From IMG/VR virus record IMGVR_UViG_3300046171_000271: a DNA stretch of 64,000 nucleotides. The stretch is one strand, 5' to 3'. Position numbers and translations under genes: made by a program. The stretch is from a virus (lineage: Duplodnaviria > Caudoviricetes). Below, one piece after another: positions 49,718 through 60,038 of the stretch (positions are counted from its first letter, which is position 1; every line of letters begins with the position of its first letter). The notes under the pieces are model-generated. The model searched no databases. It had not been told where the DNA came from and was given only the letters and a program-made list of their open reading frames with translations.

Positions 49718-51860
49718 ATGTCTGAAATTCATTTGAGTGATCTCTCGAAAATCTATAAAGAACAGATTGCTGAGAAAAAAGACGATTCATATCTTGAACC
49801 TGATATGAAGAAACGTCAGAAAGAATAATGAGAAGGCACGTAAAGATATGGAGAAGATGGGGACTTCTATGAAGAATCCACACTTTGAAGCACTTGATCC
49901 TGTAGGACAGGAAGATGGTGATATTGACAATGATGGAGATAAGGATAAGTCAGATAAGTATCTGTTAAACCGTCGTAAGAAGATTGGTAGGGCAATCGCT
50001 GCAAATGAAGGGGTTGAAATCACAGAAGAAATGGTAGCAAGCAATGCTGCACATTACTTCTATGAGGAGGGTATCAACGAAAAGGGTGTAGAAATATTCA
50101 TTGAAGAACTTGGACTTGAAGAGTTTGTATCTTTTGTAGAAGATCTGTCTGCTGACTTGCTTATTGAAGAGAGAGCAGCAAGAAGAGCACGTAAGGGTGC
50201 AAAATCATATGCTCAAGTAAAAGCAGAGATTGATGCTAAAGAGGCAGCAAAGAAAAAAGCATCTCCCGCAAAAGTTCAGTCTGCTACAGTAACTGCCAAG
50301 AGTCAACAACCTAAGAAGAGGGGTGCATTAGACAGCATTGCAAGAACGGTTCTTAAGGGAATGGATCGTCATAAAGCGGCAATGGCAAGAGCAAAGAGTG
50401 ACATTCAAACCACTAAGAAGATTGCTTCAAAGGTTAGTAAAGGCGCAAGAGAATTTGGTAAAGGATTTGCTTCTGGTGTAAAAACTGCAGGTAAAACTGC
50501 AAAGCTTGCTAAGAAAGCAATGGAAGAATACTCTGATTGGAGATCGGATCTTCAAGAGCAGGGACTTATTGAAGTGATAGATGATGCTGAACAAAATAAA
50601 CCCATCAAAGAGAAGAAGGTAAACAATAAGGTTAAGATTAACCCTAAACTTGGTGAAGCAATTGAAAAGATGGGTGGAACTTTAATCGAAGAGATTGAAG
50701 TTGATGAGATGGATTATGTTGTTGAAAGTGTTTATGACGAATTGATTGAGGAAGGTTTCTCAGAAGATGATGTAGAGGAAGCAATTGAGTATGCACTGAC
50801 CGAAGCAAAGGTAACTTATGGTCATGACACTGAGACTCCAAGACAAAAGATGATGAAGCAAGCTAAGGGTCGTTTGAGATTCCTTGGTAGAAAAGCAGGA
50901 GAGAAAGTTCAGCAAGCAAAGCAACAAGTTGGCAAATCCACTAATAAACTTAGAGGAAAGGTTGCTGGTGCTGCTGTTGCTGCTACTATGGCGGGTGGTA
51001 TTGCTAAGGATCAGGCAAGAAGAACTGGTAGAGCAGTTAAGCAGGCAGTAACAAGTGCTCCCGGAAAAGCAAAGAAAAGTATCAAAGACAGAATCAAGCA
51101 AGGAGCACTCGCTGTTGCAAAGCGCATGAGTGAAGAAAATATAGAAGAATTATATAAGGGTAAGCACGGACAGTCTGAGAAAGAGTATGCTGATTCCCGC
51201 TCTCAAGGTGGTAAGATGGTGTCAGGTAACTCTAAGATGAGTGGTGCTGAATACACTCATGGACGTAGAGTCAAAGCAGCAAATCCTGGTATGCAACCTG
51301 ATGTCGGCGGTAAAACCAAACCTAAGTCTCAGGGTAAGATGGATAAAGGCACCCGTGCTGATCTTGAATATCGTAAGGCCAAGATGAAAGAGACTGGTGT
51401 CACAGAACAAAATGAACTTGATGAAGCAAAGAAGAAACTTCCTTATGGGAAGATGTTCCGTAAGGCAGGTAATCTTGGACGCGATGGAAGTCCTGAAGCA
51501 ATGAAGCGTTCTAAAAAAATCACTGGTGTGATGAATAAGAATGCTGAGAGAGTTGCTGCTCATCGTGAGAGAGATGATGCTGCTAAGAATGCTAAAGATG
51601 CAAGAAGGGCTGCTGAAAAGGCCAGACAGGCAAAGGCAAAGATGAAAGAGGAGTTATCTATTGCAGATCAAATGAGAATCTCCCGTGATGCGGCAAAGGA
51701 TCGTAAACCTTTTGATCCAGAGGCAAGACAAAAGCAACGTGCTGCTCAAATTAAAGATATTGTCAAACACTCTAAGACAAATAAAACAGATGCTGAGCGA
51801 ATGGCAGATGCATATGCATCTCCCCGTAAAGGCCCAGGTGGTGCTACCAGAGCGGACTGA
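49718..51860 (+). CDS. Large Lys/Glu-rich hypothetical late protein (apparent +1 indel near 49820)
   Basis: MSEIHLSDLSKIYKEQI...DMKKRQ joins the 49848 ORF with a +1 shift; late-promoter-like CATAAATA at about 49680. Confidence 0.7.
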
Positions 51861-52252
51861 TGCCTGCAGTATCTAAAGCACAGCAGAAGTTTTTTGGAAT
51901 AGTTCGTGCCATCCAAAAGGGCGAGATGGCACCCACTACTCCTGAGACTGCAAAAGCAGCTGCTGAGATGAAGAAAAAAGATGTAAAAGATTTTGCATCA
52001 ACAAAGCACAAGAACCTCCCCGATAAAATGGATGTAAACGAAATCTACAGTAGTTCTGACGCCGGGAGAGCGGAAAGAATTAAAAGATATGATGCTGAGA
52101 AAAAGAAATTTGCCAAAGATGATAAGCGTAAAAAGTTTGGTAAGTTCATTCAGGATGTTGAGAAAGTTAGATCCAAATCATCAGGAATGCGTGGATACCA
52201 TAAGGGAAAGATGGGAACTTTTAACAAAGGAGTTTTCACTCCCGATAAATGA
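51860..52252 (+). CDS. Basic hypothetical protein
   Basis: MPAVSKAQQKFFGIVRAIQKGEM...VKDFASTKHKNLP. Confidence 0.7.
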   Translation: MPAVSKAQQKFFGIVRAIQKGEMAPTTPETAKAAAEMKKKDVKDFASTKHKNLPDKMDVNEIYSSSDAGRAERIKRYDAEKKKFAKDDKRKKFGKFIQDVEKVRSKSSGMRGYHKGKMGTFNKGVFTPDK

Positions 52253-52279
52253 TATATAGAATGTAGAATAGAGGTTATC

Positions 52280-52480
52280 ATGTTTGCATTTTTACTTCCA
52301 ATAGCTTCAAAAATTATTTCAGATGCAGTCGCCAAAATTCCGGAAAATGAAGAACTCGGTGAGAAGTTGGTTGAGATCTGTCTTGTTATCCTTGCTAAAG
52401 CGGTTAAGTTAACTAAGACTGATATGGATGACAAACTTCTCGAAGTTGTTACCGAAGCAATTAAAACGAGAGAAGAGTGA
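52280..52480 (+). CDS. Small hypothetical protein
   Basis: SD GAGG; MFAFLLPIASKII... Confidence 0.7.
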   Translation: MFAFLLPIASKIISDAVAKIPENEELGEKLVEICLVILAKAVKLTKTDMDDKLLEVVTEAIKTREE

Positions 52481-52483
52481 ATT

Positions 52484-52491
52484 TATAAATA
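52484..52491 (+). promoter_or_regulatory. T4-type late promoter TATAAATA
   Basis: Exact consensus upstream of ATG 52524. Confidence 0.75.
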
Positions 52492-52523
52492 TCTTATAGC
52501 AATTAAACTATCGGACGTAAGAC

Positions 52524-53054
52524 ATGGCACTCTGGGGCAATAACGATAATATTACTGCAACCGGAATTGTTACCGTTAACTACTCTACTAGAGAAGTGAC
52601 TGGTTTCAATGCAGGATTTGGTGAAAGTGGTAAGATTCAAGAAGGTGATGTGATTCGTTTTGGATCAATTGAAAAACCTGGCACATACTTTGGTGATGCT
52701 GTTGTTGTAAGTATTGCCAATACATCACAACTGACAATCGCATCCACTTCAGGACTCAGCGGTGCCGCTATTGCGGGCACTTCTTATCTTGCTTCTCAAC
52801 TTCCTAAGTTCGCTGTTGACGGACATTACAGTGAGAGAAACACTGCATACTCCGCTATTAATTATGGAGTTGCTGCTGAAGGATCTGCTGATGCATCAGG
52901 AACCGTTTATGAAACTGGTGTAGGCTGGGTTGGTGTTACCACTTATACAGATAATGCTGGTAACTTGAGAGTCAAGAAAGAGATTCTTTGCGCCATGTCT
53001 GGTATTTCTACTGGTAACGCTCCTAGTTATCCAAACATTGAGAACGCTGTTTGA
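52524..53054 (+). CDS. Probable virion structural protein
   Basis: Late promoter; MALWGNND...GWVGVTTYTDNAGNLRVKKEILCAMS. Confidence 0.65.
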   Translation: MALWGNNDNITATGIVTVNYSTREVTGFNAGFGESGKIQEGDVIRFGSIEKPGTYFGDAVVVSIANTSQLTIASTSGLSGAAIAGTSYLASQLPKFAVDGHYSERNTAYSAINYGVAAEGSADASGTVYETGVGWVGVTTYTDNAGNLRVKKEILCAMSGISTGNAPSYPNIENAV

Positions 53055-53063
53055 TATTGAAGG

Positions 53064-53450
53064 ATGTTATTTCATGAGTTGAATTCGGAGAACTTTCTCC
53101 TCTTTGCCATTAAAAATTACGAAAATCCCCAGGCGGTTACTAGAGAAGACTTTGATAAAGATTTAAATCATTTCAAATACATAAAAAGGTTGCTTAAAAG
53201 ATATAAGTCAACCGGTGAATTAAAAATTCATCTTCTTTTAAATCATTTTATTGTTTTGTATAATATATTTGGTGAAGCAACAACACCAATGTTATTTTTT
53301 AAAATAGATGAGCAGGATCTCAGAAGTTGTTTAAAAACATTTGTAGTTTTTTTAGGAAAGTTACCTGAGTTTCCTCATACATATATTCATGATTTAGAAA
53401 TGGACGAAAATTGTTTAAGAGAACTTATTTCTTTTTACAATGAGCAGTAA
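53064..53450 (+). CDS. Conserved T4-like hypothetical protein
   Basis: FHELNSENFLLFAIKNYENP...DLNHFKYIKRLL...LLLNHFIVLYNIFG. Confidence 0.75.
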   Translation: MLFHELNSENFLLFAIKNYENPQAVTREDFDKDLNHFKYIKRLLKRYKSTGELKIHLLLNHFIVLYNIFGEATTPMLFFKIDEQDLRSCLKTFVVFLGKLPEFPHTYIHDLEMDENCLRELISFYNEQ

Positions 53451-53658
53451 ATCAGTAGAAAAGTTTTTACATCTTTTTAGAGAAATGATGGGTGCAGGAG
53501 CTGTTGGTGCTCCCACTAATAATGTTGGTGACGGTAAGATCGCTGGTATTGCACCCGGAGAAGATCCTCCAATTCATCTTAAAAGGAAAAGAAAACCAAC
53601 ACCCATAGGTAGATACGGCACACGTAGAACTTGGCGTCAAAATGGCGGAACAAATTAA
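53440..53658 (+). CDS. Small hypothetical protein
   Basis: EMMGAGAVGAPTNNVGDGKIAG. Confidence 0.65.
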   Translation: MSSKSVEKFLHLFREMMGAGAVGAPTNNVGDGKIAGIAPGEDPPIHLKRKRKPTPIGRYGTRRTWRQNGGTN

Positions 53659-54043
53659 GGTTGCAGTATTAGAAGAAAAACTTCAAAACTTTGAGTCACT
53701 TGTTACAAAGTTAGACTCTGCGATTGAAAAAATTGCAGAGGTAAATAATAATGTGTCTAGGATGCTTGCCGTCCATGAAGAAAGAATATCAAAGCAAGAG
53801 AAAATCGATACAGTACTCTTTGATAAAATCGACAAACTCCGTGATAAAATGGACAGCGATCATGACGGTGTTGTTACAAGATTATCTGTACTCGAAAGAA
53901 AACTTTGGATCGCTGTCGGAGCATTGGGATTGACAGTAGCTATTACTAATCCTCAAGCAATAAAAATTATTAAACCCTTGTTATCTTCCGCTGAAAGTGC
54001 TATAGTGGCACCAGCAATTGCCTTTGTGAATGGATCACATTGA
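53642..54043 (+). CDS. Coiled-coil protein with C-terminal hydrophobic segment
   Basis: KVAVLEEKL...LAVHEERI...LWIAVGALGL. Confidence 0.7.
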   Translation: MAEQIKVAVLEEKLQNFESLVTKLDSAIEKIAEVNNNVSRMLAVHEERISKQEKIDTVLFDKIDKLRDKMDSDHDGVVTRLSVLERKLWIAVGALGLTVAITNPQAIKIIKPLLSSAESAIVAPAIAFVNGSH

Positions 54044-55001
54044 TTCTAAGTACATTGGGATTATTTCCCCACGCTTAGGAAAATTCAAAAGAGTTAAATC
54101 AAATCTATACAACTTTCGTTGTCCGATTTGTGGTGACTCAAAAAAGAATAAGAACAAGACTAGAGGATATATTTACTCTGTAAAAACAAATACAAACTTT
54201 AAGTGTCACAACTGTGGTGCTTCAATGTCTTTTAGTAACTTTTTGAAGCATATAGATGCTCCGACTCATAAACAATATTCATTAGAGAAGTTTAAAGGAG
54301 GACATTCTGGAGGTAGGAATTTTGTTGTTGAGGAACCTAAGTTTAAGTTTGAAGCACCTAAATTTAAAAAGAGTTTGAGTATTCCTAAAGCTTTTGAGAA
54401 TCCCAAATCCAATGGATATCTGACTGCAAGGAAACTGGATACATCAAAGTTTTATTATGCTAGTAAGTTCAAGAAGTTCGTCAATACAATCAAACCAACC
54501 TTTGATGATACTCGCTATGATGAAGAAAGAATTATAATTCCTATCTACTATGAAAAGAATCTTATTGGACTTCAGGGAAGATCTATAGATCCTAATCCTG
54601 TTAAATATATCACTGTGATGTTTGATGACAATGCGCCAAAAATTTATGGACTTGATGATGTTAAAAAATCTGAAGCAGTTTACGTTACTGAAGGCCCGTT
54701 TGACTCAACTTTCCTTCGTAACGCGATTGCAATGTGTGGCGCTGATGGTGATGTTGGTAAGTGGGGGATCAGCAATCCTGTTTGGATCTATGATAACGAA
54801 CCACGTAATCGAGAAATCGTCAATCGAATCAGTCGCACAATAGATAGAGGAGATTCGGTAGTTATATTTCCCTCATCTATAGATGATAAAGATATTAATG
54901 ACATGGTAATTTCTGGACATGATGTTCAAAAGATTGTAGAATGTAACACGTATAGTGGTTTAGAAGCAAAACTTAAATTTAACACCTGGAAGAAAGTATG
55001 A
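54030..55001 (+). CDS. gp61: DNA primase
   Basis: CPICGDS...CHNCG zinc finger, EGPFDS TOPRIM, WIYDNEPRN, KDINDM. Confidence 0.96.
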   Translation: MDHIDSKYIGIISPRLGKFKRVKSNLYNFRCPICGDSKKNKNKTRGYIYSVKTNTNFKCHNCGASMSFSNFLKHIDAPTHKQYSLEKFKGGHSGGRNFVVEEPKFKFEAPKFKKSLSIPKAFENPKSNGYLTARKLDTSKFYYASKFKKFVNTIKPTFDDTRYDEERIIIPIYYEKNLIGLQGRSIDPNPVKYITVMFDDNAPKIYGLDDVKKSEAVYVTEGPFDSTFLRNAIAMCGADGDVGKWGISNPVWIYDNEPRNREIVNRISRTIDRGDSVVIFPSSIDDKDINDMVISGHDVQKIVECNTYSGLEAKLKFNTWKKV

Positions 55002-57295
55002 GCAACGGTATTAAAGTTAATAAAAGAGACGGTAGAATTGAGTCTCTTGATTTGGATAAAATGCATCTGATGGTTGATGAAGCAACCAAAGGACTTGCAG
55101 GTGTTTCAGCTAGTCAAGTTGAGATGAAATCGGGTATCCAGTTTTATGATGGTATTACTACAGCTGAAATTCAAGAAATCTTGATCAAAGCAGCAAGTGA
55201 TTTGATTGATCTGGAGCATCCTAACTACCAATTCGTCGCTGCTAGACTGCTTCTGTTTTCACTTAGGAAGCAACTGTATGGAAAGATGCGTGAACTTCCT
55301 GATTTAGAAACTCATATCATGAGTTGCACAAATATTGAGGTGTATGACAAGGAGATTTTCCTTAAATACTCTAAGGAGGAGATTGCGAAAGCAAATTCCT
55401 ATATCGATCATCATCGTGACTTTCTCTTCACTTATGCTGGGTTGCGTCAAGTAGCAGATAAGTATCTGGTTCAAGATCGCAGCACTGGCGGAGTATATGA
55501 GACTCCTCAGTTCATGTATATTATGATTGCTCTGACTATTTTTGCAGAGTATCCCAAAGAAACCAGGATGACTTATGTCAAACGATACTACGACGCAATC
55601 AGCAAGCACAAAATCAACATTCCCACACCTATCATGGCGGGAGTGCGAACTCCACTTCGACAATTTGCTAGCTGTGTTCTTGTTGATGTTGATGACACCC
55701 TCGATAGCATCTTTACTTCTGATATGGCTATCGGCAGATATGTTGCACAAAGGGCGGGCATCGGTATTAACGCAGGCAGAATCCGTGGTATCAACAGTAA
55801 AATCAGAGGCGGAGAAGTTCAACACACAGGTGTTGTACCATTCCTCAAAAAATTTGAGAGCACTGTCCGATGCTGCACTCAAAATGGCATTCGAGGCGGA
55901 AGCGCGACTGTCCACTTCCCAATCTGGCACCAAGAGATCGAAGACATAATTGTCCTTAAGAACAACAAAGGTACAGAGGACAATCGCGTAAGGAAACTTG
56001 ACTACTCCATCCAGATTTCAAAACTTTTCTATGAGCGTTTCATCCAGGATGGAGAAATTAGCTTATTCTCACCGCATAACGTACCAGGTTTGTATGATGC
56101 TTTTGGTACTGATACATTTGACGATCTCTATGTGGGTTATGAATCAGATGAGTCTGTTCCAAGAAAAGTTATCGGTGCTCAAAAACTGATTCTTGATCTG
56201 CTGAAAGAACGTGCAGAGACTGGACGTGTTTATATAATGAACATTGATCACTGTAACTCTCACTCATCTTTTAAAGATAAGGTTGAGATGTCCAATTTGT
56301 GCCAAGAAATTACTCTCCCAACATATCCTCTGAATCATATTGATGATGAGTATGGTGAGATTGCACTTTGTATTCTTTCCGCTATCAATGTTGGCAAAGT
56401 TAAGTCTGATGAAGAACTCGAAAACCTTTGTGATCTTTCAGTACGCGGACTAGAAGAACTCATTGACTATCAGAAGTATCCTGTAAGGGCAGCAGAAATC
56501 GCTACAAGGGCGCGTAGATCGCTTGGTATTGGTTTTATTGGTTTGGCACATTATTTGGCAAAACTTGGATACAAGTATGGTGATCAAGAAGCATGGGATG
56601 CAGTTCATGGACTTGCTGAGTCCTTCCAGTATTACCTTCTGAAGGCGTCTAACCAACTTGCCAAGGAAAAGGGACACTGTGAATATTTTGGGCGCACCAA
56701 GTATGCAGATGGTATCCTTCCTATTGACACTTACAAGAAAGATGTTGATGAAATCTCTAGTCAAGAATTAGCACATGATTGGGAAACTCTTAGAGAATCT
56801 ATCTCCACCTACGGTTTACGGCACTCAACACTGTCTGCTCAAATGCCATCAGAGAGCAGTTCCGTTGTGTCAAACGCAACAAATGGAATCGAGCCACCTA
56901 GAGACTATTTGTCCGTTAAGAAAAGCAAGAAAGGCCCACTTAAGCAGATTGTCCCGTCTTACGCGACTCTTAAGAACAATTATACGCTTTTGTGGGATAT
57001 GCCTAACAATAGGGGTTATATTAATGTTGTTGCTGTGATGCAAAAGTTCTTTGATCAAGCAATTTCTGGTAACTGGAGTTACAATCCTGAAAATTATCCT
57101 GATAATGAAGTACCAGTGTCCGTCATGGCACAAGACTTTTTAACTACATATAAGTACGGTTGGAAAACCTCTTACTACCAGAATACAAATGATCTAAAGT
57201 CTGATGAAGTAGAGGGCGACAAAGAAAAACTGAATAGTATATTAGAAGAATTAGAACAAGTCGAGGAGGGAGAGTGTGAATCCTGTGCAGTTTAA
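54998..57295 (+). CDS. nrdA: Class Ia ribonucleotide reductase alpha subunit
   Basis: ATP cone KRDGRIE, FASCVL, SNLCQEI, AQMPSESSS, C-terminal CESCAV. Confidence 0.98.
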   Translation: MSNGIKVNKRDGRIESLDLDKMHLMVDEATKGLAGVSASQVEMKSGIQFYDGITTAEIQEILIKAASDLIDLEHPNYQFVAARLLLFSLRKQLYGKMRELPDLETHIMSCTNIEVYDKEIFLKYSKEEIAKANSYIDHHRDFLFTYAGLRQVADKYLVQDRSTGGVYETPQFMYIMIALTIFAEYPKETRMTYVKRYYDAISKHKINIPTPIMAGVRTPLRQFASCVLVDVDDTLDSIFTSDMAIGRYVAQRAGIGINAGRIRGINSKIRGGEVQHTGVVPFLKKFESTVRCCTQNGIRGGSATVHFPIWHQEIEDIIVLKNNKGTEDNRVRKLDYSIQISKLFYERFIQDGEISLFSPHNVPGLYDAFGTDTFDDLYVGYESDESVPRKVIGAQKLILDLLKERAETGRVYIMNIDHCNSHSSFKDKVEMSNLCQEITLPTYPLNHIDDEYGEIALCILSAINVGKVKSDEELENLCDLSVRGLEELIDYQKYPVRAAEIATRARRSLGIGFIGLAHYLAKLGYKYGDQEAWDAVHGLAESFQYYLLKASNQLAKEKGHCEYFGRTKYADGILPIDTYKKDVDEISSQELAHDWETLRESISTYGLRHSTLSAQMPSESSSVVSNATNGIEPPRDYLSVKKSKKGPLKQIVPSYATLKNNYTLLWDMPNNRGYINVVAVMQKFFDQAISGNWSYNPENYPDNEVPVSVMAQDFLTTYKYGWKTSYYQNTNDLKSDEVEGDKEKLNSILEELEQVEEGECESCAV

Positions 57296-58466
57296 GATGT
57301 CATCCGTAGAGGAACCTAAAACTAAAATTGAAGGCATGACAGTCTTCAATACCGAACAAGTTAATACTAAAAAGCAACCTATGTTTTTTGGAAAACCTCT
57401 GGGAGTCCAGAGGTATGACTCTTATAAATATCCAGTTTTTGATAGACTGACTACTCAACAACTTGGATACTTTTGGCGTCCCGAAGAAGTATCTTTGCAG
57501 AAGGATCGTGGAGATTATCAAATTCTTCGTCCAGAACAAAAGCATATCTATACTTCTAATCTGAAGTATCAGATCATGCTTGATTCTATTCAGGGTAGAG
57601 GCCCTGGAATGGCATTCATTCCTTATTGTTCTCTTCCTGAATTAGAAGCATGTATGGAAGTCTGGGGGTTCATGGAAATGATCCACAGTCGTTCCTACAC
57701 CTACATCATCAAGAACGTCTATTCAGATCCTTCCGAGGTATTTGATAAGATCGTCACTGATGAACGCATTCTAGAACGTGCTGCGAGTGTTACAGGAGCA
57801 TATGATGACTTCATCAATAGTGCTCAGACTTGGGGCAATGGCAATATGTGGCAAGATGACTTTAGAGATTCACCTTCATCCATATGGGAAATTAAAGATG
57901 TCAAAAGAAAACTCTACAGAGCAGTTGCAAACGTCAACATTCTAGAGGGCATTCGATTCTATGTTAGTTTCGCTTGCAGCTTTGCATTTGGCGAACTTAA
58001 ACTTATGGAAGGATCCGCTAAGATTATCTCGCTTATCGCCAGAGATGAGAACCAGCACCTTGCAATCACTCAAAATATCCTCAACAAGTGGAGAGCAGGT
58101 GATGATCCAGAAATGAAGCAGATAATGAAGGAAGAGGAGGAATGGACATATAAGATGTTTGATCGTGCTGTCAATGAAGAAAAGCGTTGGGCAGACTATC
58201 TCTTCAAAGATGGTTCAATGATTGGACTAAATGATAAACTTCTGCAGCAGTATGTTGAATGGATTGCCAATCGTCGTCTCAAATCGATCGGACTGTCACC
58301 TCAGTATGACATTCCTGCATCTGCTAATCCTCTTCCCTGGACTCAGCATTGGATTTCCTCTAAAGGCCTTCAAGTAGCACCGCAGGAAACTGAAGTAGAG
58401 TCTTACGTCGTTGGTGGTATCAAGCAAGATGTGAAAAAGGACACATTCAGTGGTTTTCAACTCTGA
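57276..58466 (+). CDS. nrdB: Class Ia ribonucleotide reductase beta subunit
   Basis: FWRPEEVSL, EMIHSRSY, LEGIRFYVSF, RDENQH, VAPQETEVESY. Confidence 0.98.
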   Translation: MNPVQFKMSSVEEPKTKIEGMTVFNTEQVNTKKQPMFFGKPLGVQRYDSYKYPVFDRLTTQQLGYFWRPEEVSLQKDRGDYQILRPEQKHIYTSNLKYQIMLDSIQGRGPGMAFIPYCSLPELEACMEVWGFMEMIHSRSYTYIIKNVYSDPSEVFDKIVTDERILERAASVTGAYDDFINSAQTWGNGNMWQDDFRDSPSSIWEIKDVKRKLYRAVANVNILEGIRFYVSFACSFAFGELKLMEGSAKIISLIARDENQHLAITQNILNKWRAGDDPEMKQIMKEEEEWTYKMFDRAVNEEKRWADYLFKDGSMIGLNDKLLQQYVEWIANRRLKSIGLSPQYDIPASANPLPWTQHWISSKGLQVAPQETEVESYVVGGIKQDVKKDTFSGFQL

Positions 58467-58469
58467 TTA

Positions 58470-58664
58470 ATGCTATACATAGGGAGAATGACACTCCCTA
58501 TGATGCCAAAAAATAAACTTGAGAAAGAAGAATTTAAGGTTCGTGTCTTAAAATTGAAAAATGAGGTAGAGGGAGAACCGTCTACTGTTTGGCAAGGAGA
58601 GAAAGATCTTGCTCATAAATATTTGAACAAGATCATTGATATCATTGATGAGTATCGATATTGA
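58470..58664 (+). CDS. Small hypothetical protein
   Basis: ORF after nrdB; start uncertain. Confidence 0.6.
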   Translation: MLYIGRMTLPMMPKNKLEKEEFKVRVLKLKNEVEGEPSTVWQGEKDLAHKYLNKIIDIIDEYRY

Positions 58665-59109
58665 TTATGAGAATCCCTGGTATTTTAAAGGAGAACCTTT
58701 TTTATCTGAGAATATTGACGATAACTTCGGTTTTGTCTACCTCATTACTAATCTATCAAATCATCGTCAATACATAGGTAGAAAATACTTCTGGCAGTTT
58801 AGAACTCCAAGAGGTAAAAAACGAAAAGTAAAATCTGAATCTGACTGGAAAAAATATTATGGTTCTTGTCCGGAACTTAAAGAAGATATTGACAAATTCG
58901 GTAAGCAAAATTTTAGCAGAACTATTATCAGTCTTCATAAAACGAAGGGCAAAACTAATTTTGAAGAAACCAGACAACTCTTTGTCAATGGAGTCCTCAC
59001 AGAATCTCTTGACAGCGGAGTCCCCAAGTTCTATAATAGCAACATCCTCAGCAGGTACTTTAGAAAAGACTACTATGGAAACGACGGACGTAGTAATGCA
59101 AGCTCGTAA
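58648..59109 (+). CDS. GIY-YIG family endonuclease-like protein
   Basis: GFVYLITN...YIGRK...WKKYYGS...E...YN. Confidence 0.8.
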   Translation: MSIDIDYENPWYFKGEPFLSENIDDNFGFVYLITNLSNHRQYIGRKYFWQFRTPRGKKRKVKSESDWKKYYGSCPELKEDIDKFGKQNFSRTIISLHKTKGKTNFEETRQLFVNGVLTESLDSGVPKFYNSNILSRYFRKDYYGNDGRSNASS

Positions 59110-59281
59110 CTGGGCAATTACTCACATTGAAGAAATGGCACAAAATGAATCTGTTGATCAAATTTATGATAGACTTGCAATGATGGATGAATGGTACGAA
59201 TGGTTCGATCTTGACAAAATGGATGGAATGGATTATATTGTACTGGAAGACACAACTCGGGGTTCTGAGTCAGAGATTTGA
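59075..59281 (+). CDS. Small acidic hypothetical protein
   Basis: METTDVVMQARNWAI...EWYEWFD. Confidence 0.6.
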   Translation: METTDVVMQARNWAITHIEEMAQNESVDQIYDRLAMMDEWYEWFDLDKMDGMDYIVLEDTTRGSESEI

Positions 59282-59293
59282 GTCTTCTCTTTT

Positions 59294-59367
59294 GTCTCAG
59301 TAGCTCAGTGGATTAGAGCAACTGCCTTCTAAGCAGTCGGCCGTAGGTTCGAGTCCTACCTGAGACG
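59294..59367 (+). tRNA. tRNA-Arg(TCT)
   Basis: Cloverleaf: GTCTCAG/CTGAGAC, ACTGC-CT TCT AA-GCAGT, TTCGAGT. Confidence 0.95.
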
Positions 59368-59371
59368 CCTC

Positions 59372-59443
59372 GCGGAGTTAGTTCAGCGGTAGAACGCTAT
59401 CCTTCCAAGTTAGATGTCGTCGGTTCGATTCCGATACTCCGCT
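59372..59443 (+). tRNA. tRNA-Gly(TCC)
   Basis: GCGGAGT/ACTCCGC, loop CT TCC AA, TTCGATT. Confidence 0.93.
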
Positions 59444-59459
59444 TTCCTTCTTTAGGAAC

Positions 59460-59627
59460 ATGAAACCAGTTGAAATTCTTCTACTTATATCAGAGTTAGA
59501 AGGTTCTTATCAACACACCAAGAAACTTGGTTTTGACGATGACAAAGATGTCCTCAGAAAAATGTGCGATAAGTATCATAAACTGTATTACAAACTAAAG
59601 AAGGAACAAAAAAACAATCCTCTATAG
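59460..59627 (+). CDS. Small hypothetical protein
   Basis: My translation: MKPVEILLLISELEGSYQHTKK..., SD AGGA; the stop lies inside tRNA-Asn. Confidence 0.55.
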   Translation: MKPVEILLLISELEGSYQHTKKLGFDDDKDVLRKMCDKYHKLYYKLKKEQKNNPL

Positions 59628-59689
59628 CTCAATGGTAGAGCTCTCGACTGTTAATCGAGCGGTTCTTGGTTCGAGTCCAAGTGGGGGAG
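59618..59689 (+). tRNA. tRNA-Asn(GTT)
   Basis: TCCTCTA/TGGGGGA, CTCGA-CT GTT AA-TCGAG. Confidence 0.95.
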
Positions 59690-59693
59690 CCTT

Positions 59694-59765
59694 GCTTGAT
59701 TAGCTCAGCGGTAGAGCATCTCGTTTACACCGAGGCGGCCGGCGGTTCGATCCCGTCATCAAGCA
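59694..59765 (+). tRNA. tRNA-Val(TAC)
   Basis: GCTTGAT/ATCAAGC, TCTCG-TT TAC AC-CGAGG. Confidence 0.95.
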
Positions 59766-59789
59766 TTCCTATCAGGAGGATTATGAAAA

Positions 59790-60038
59790 ATGATTATTGT
59801 ACGTTGCAAAGAATGCAACACAGAAATTTGTAGTAATAATAAAACTCAAGTCTGTGGTTGCCCTAACATGATGACTGTGTTAGGTGATAAAGTTTCTGCT
59901 CAGGATCTTAGTAAAATCGTCATGATTAATTCTGATAAGAAAAAGACATCAAATAATGTCTTATCTAATCAAGATTTACAAGATCAAGAAAAGAGGAGAA
60001 AAAGAAAAGTACGTAAGTTGGACTTTGAAGTTCGTTGA
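59790..60038 (+). CDS. Small Zn-ribbon hypothetical protein
   Basis: CKEC...CGC; SD AGGAGG. Confidence 0.7.
   Translation: MIIVRCKECNTEICSNNKTQVCGCPNMMTVLGDKVSAQDLSKIVMINSDKKKTSNNVLSNQDLQDQEKRRKRKVRKLDFEVR

Noticed and set aside
55304-55949. Overlapping alternative-frame and antisense ORFs inside nrdA (likewise inside gp23, cobS and gp43)
   Set aside because: They are fully nested in conserved core genes with no motifs or RBS, as expected by chance in these GC-richer genes.
39743-58466. Inteins or group I introns in gp43, gp41, nrdA and nrdB
   Set aside because: The ORFs are continuous and of ordinary length, with no Hint-domain or LAGLIDADG insertions visible.
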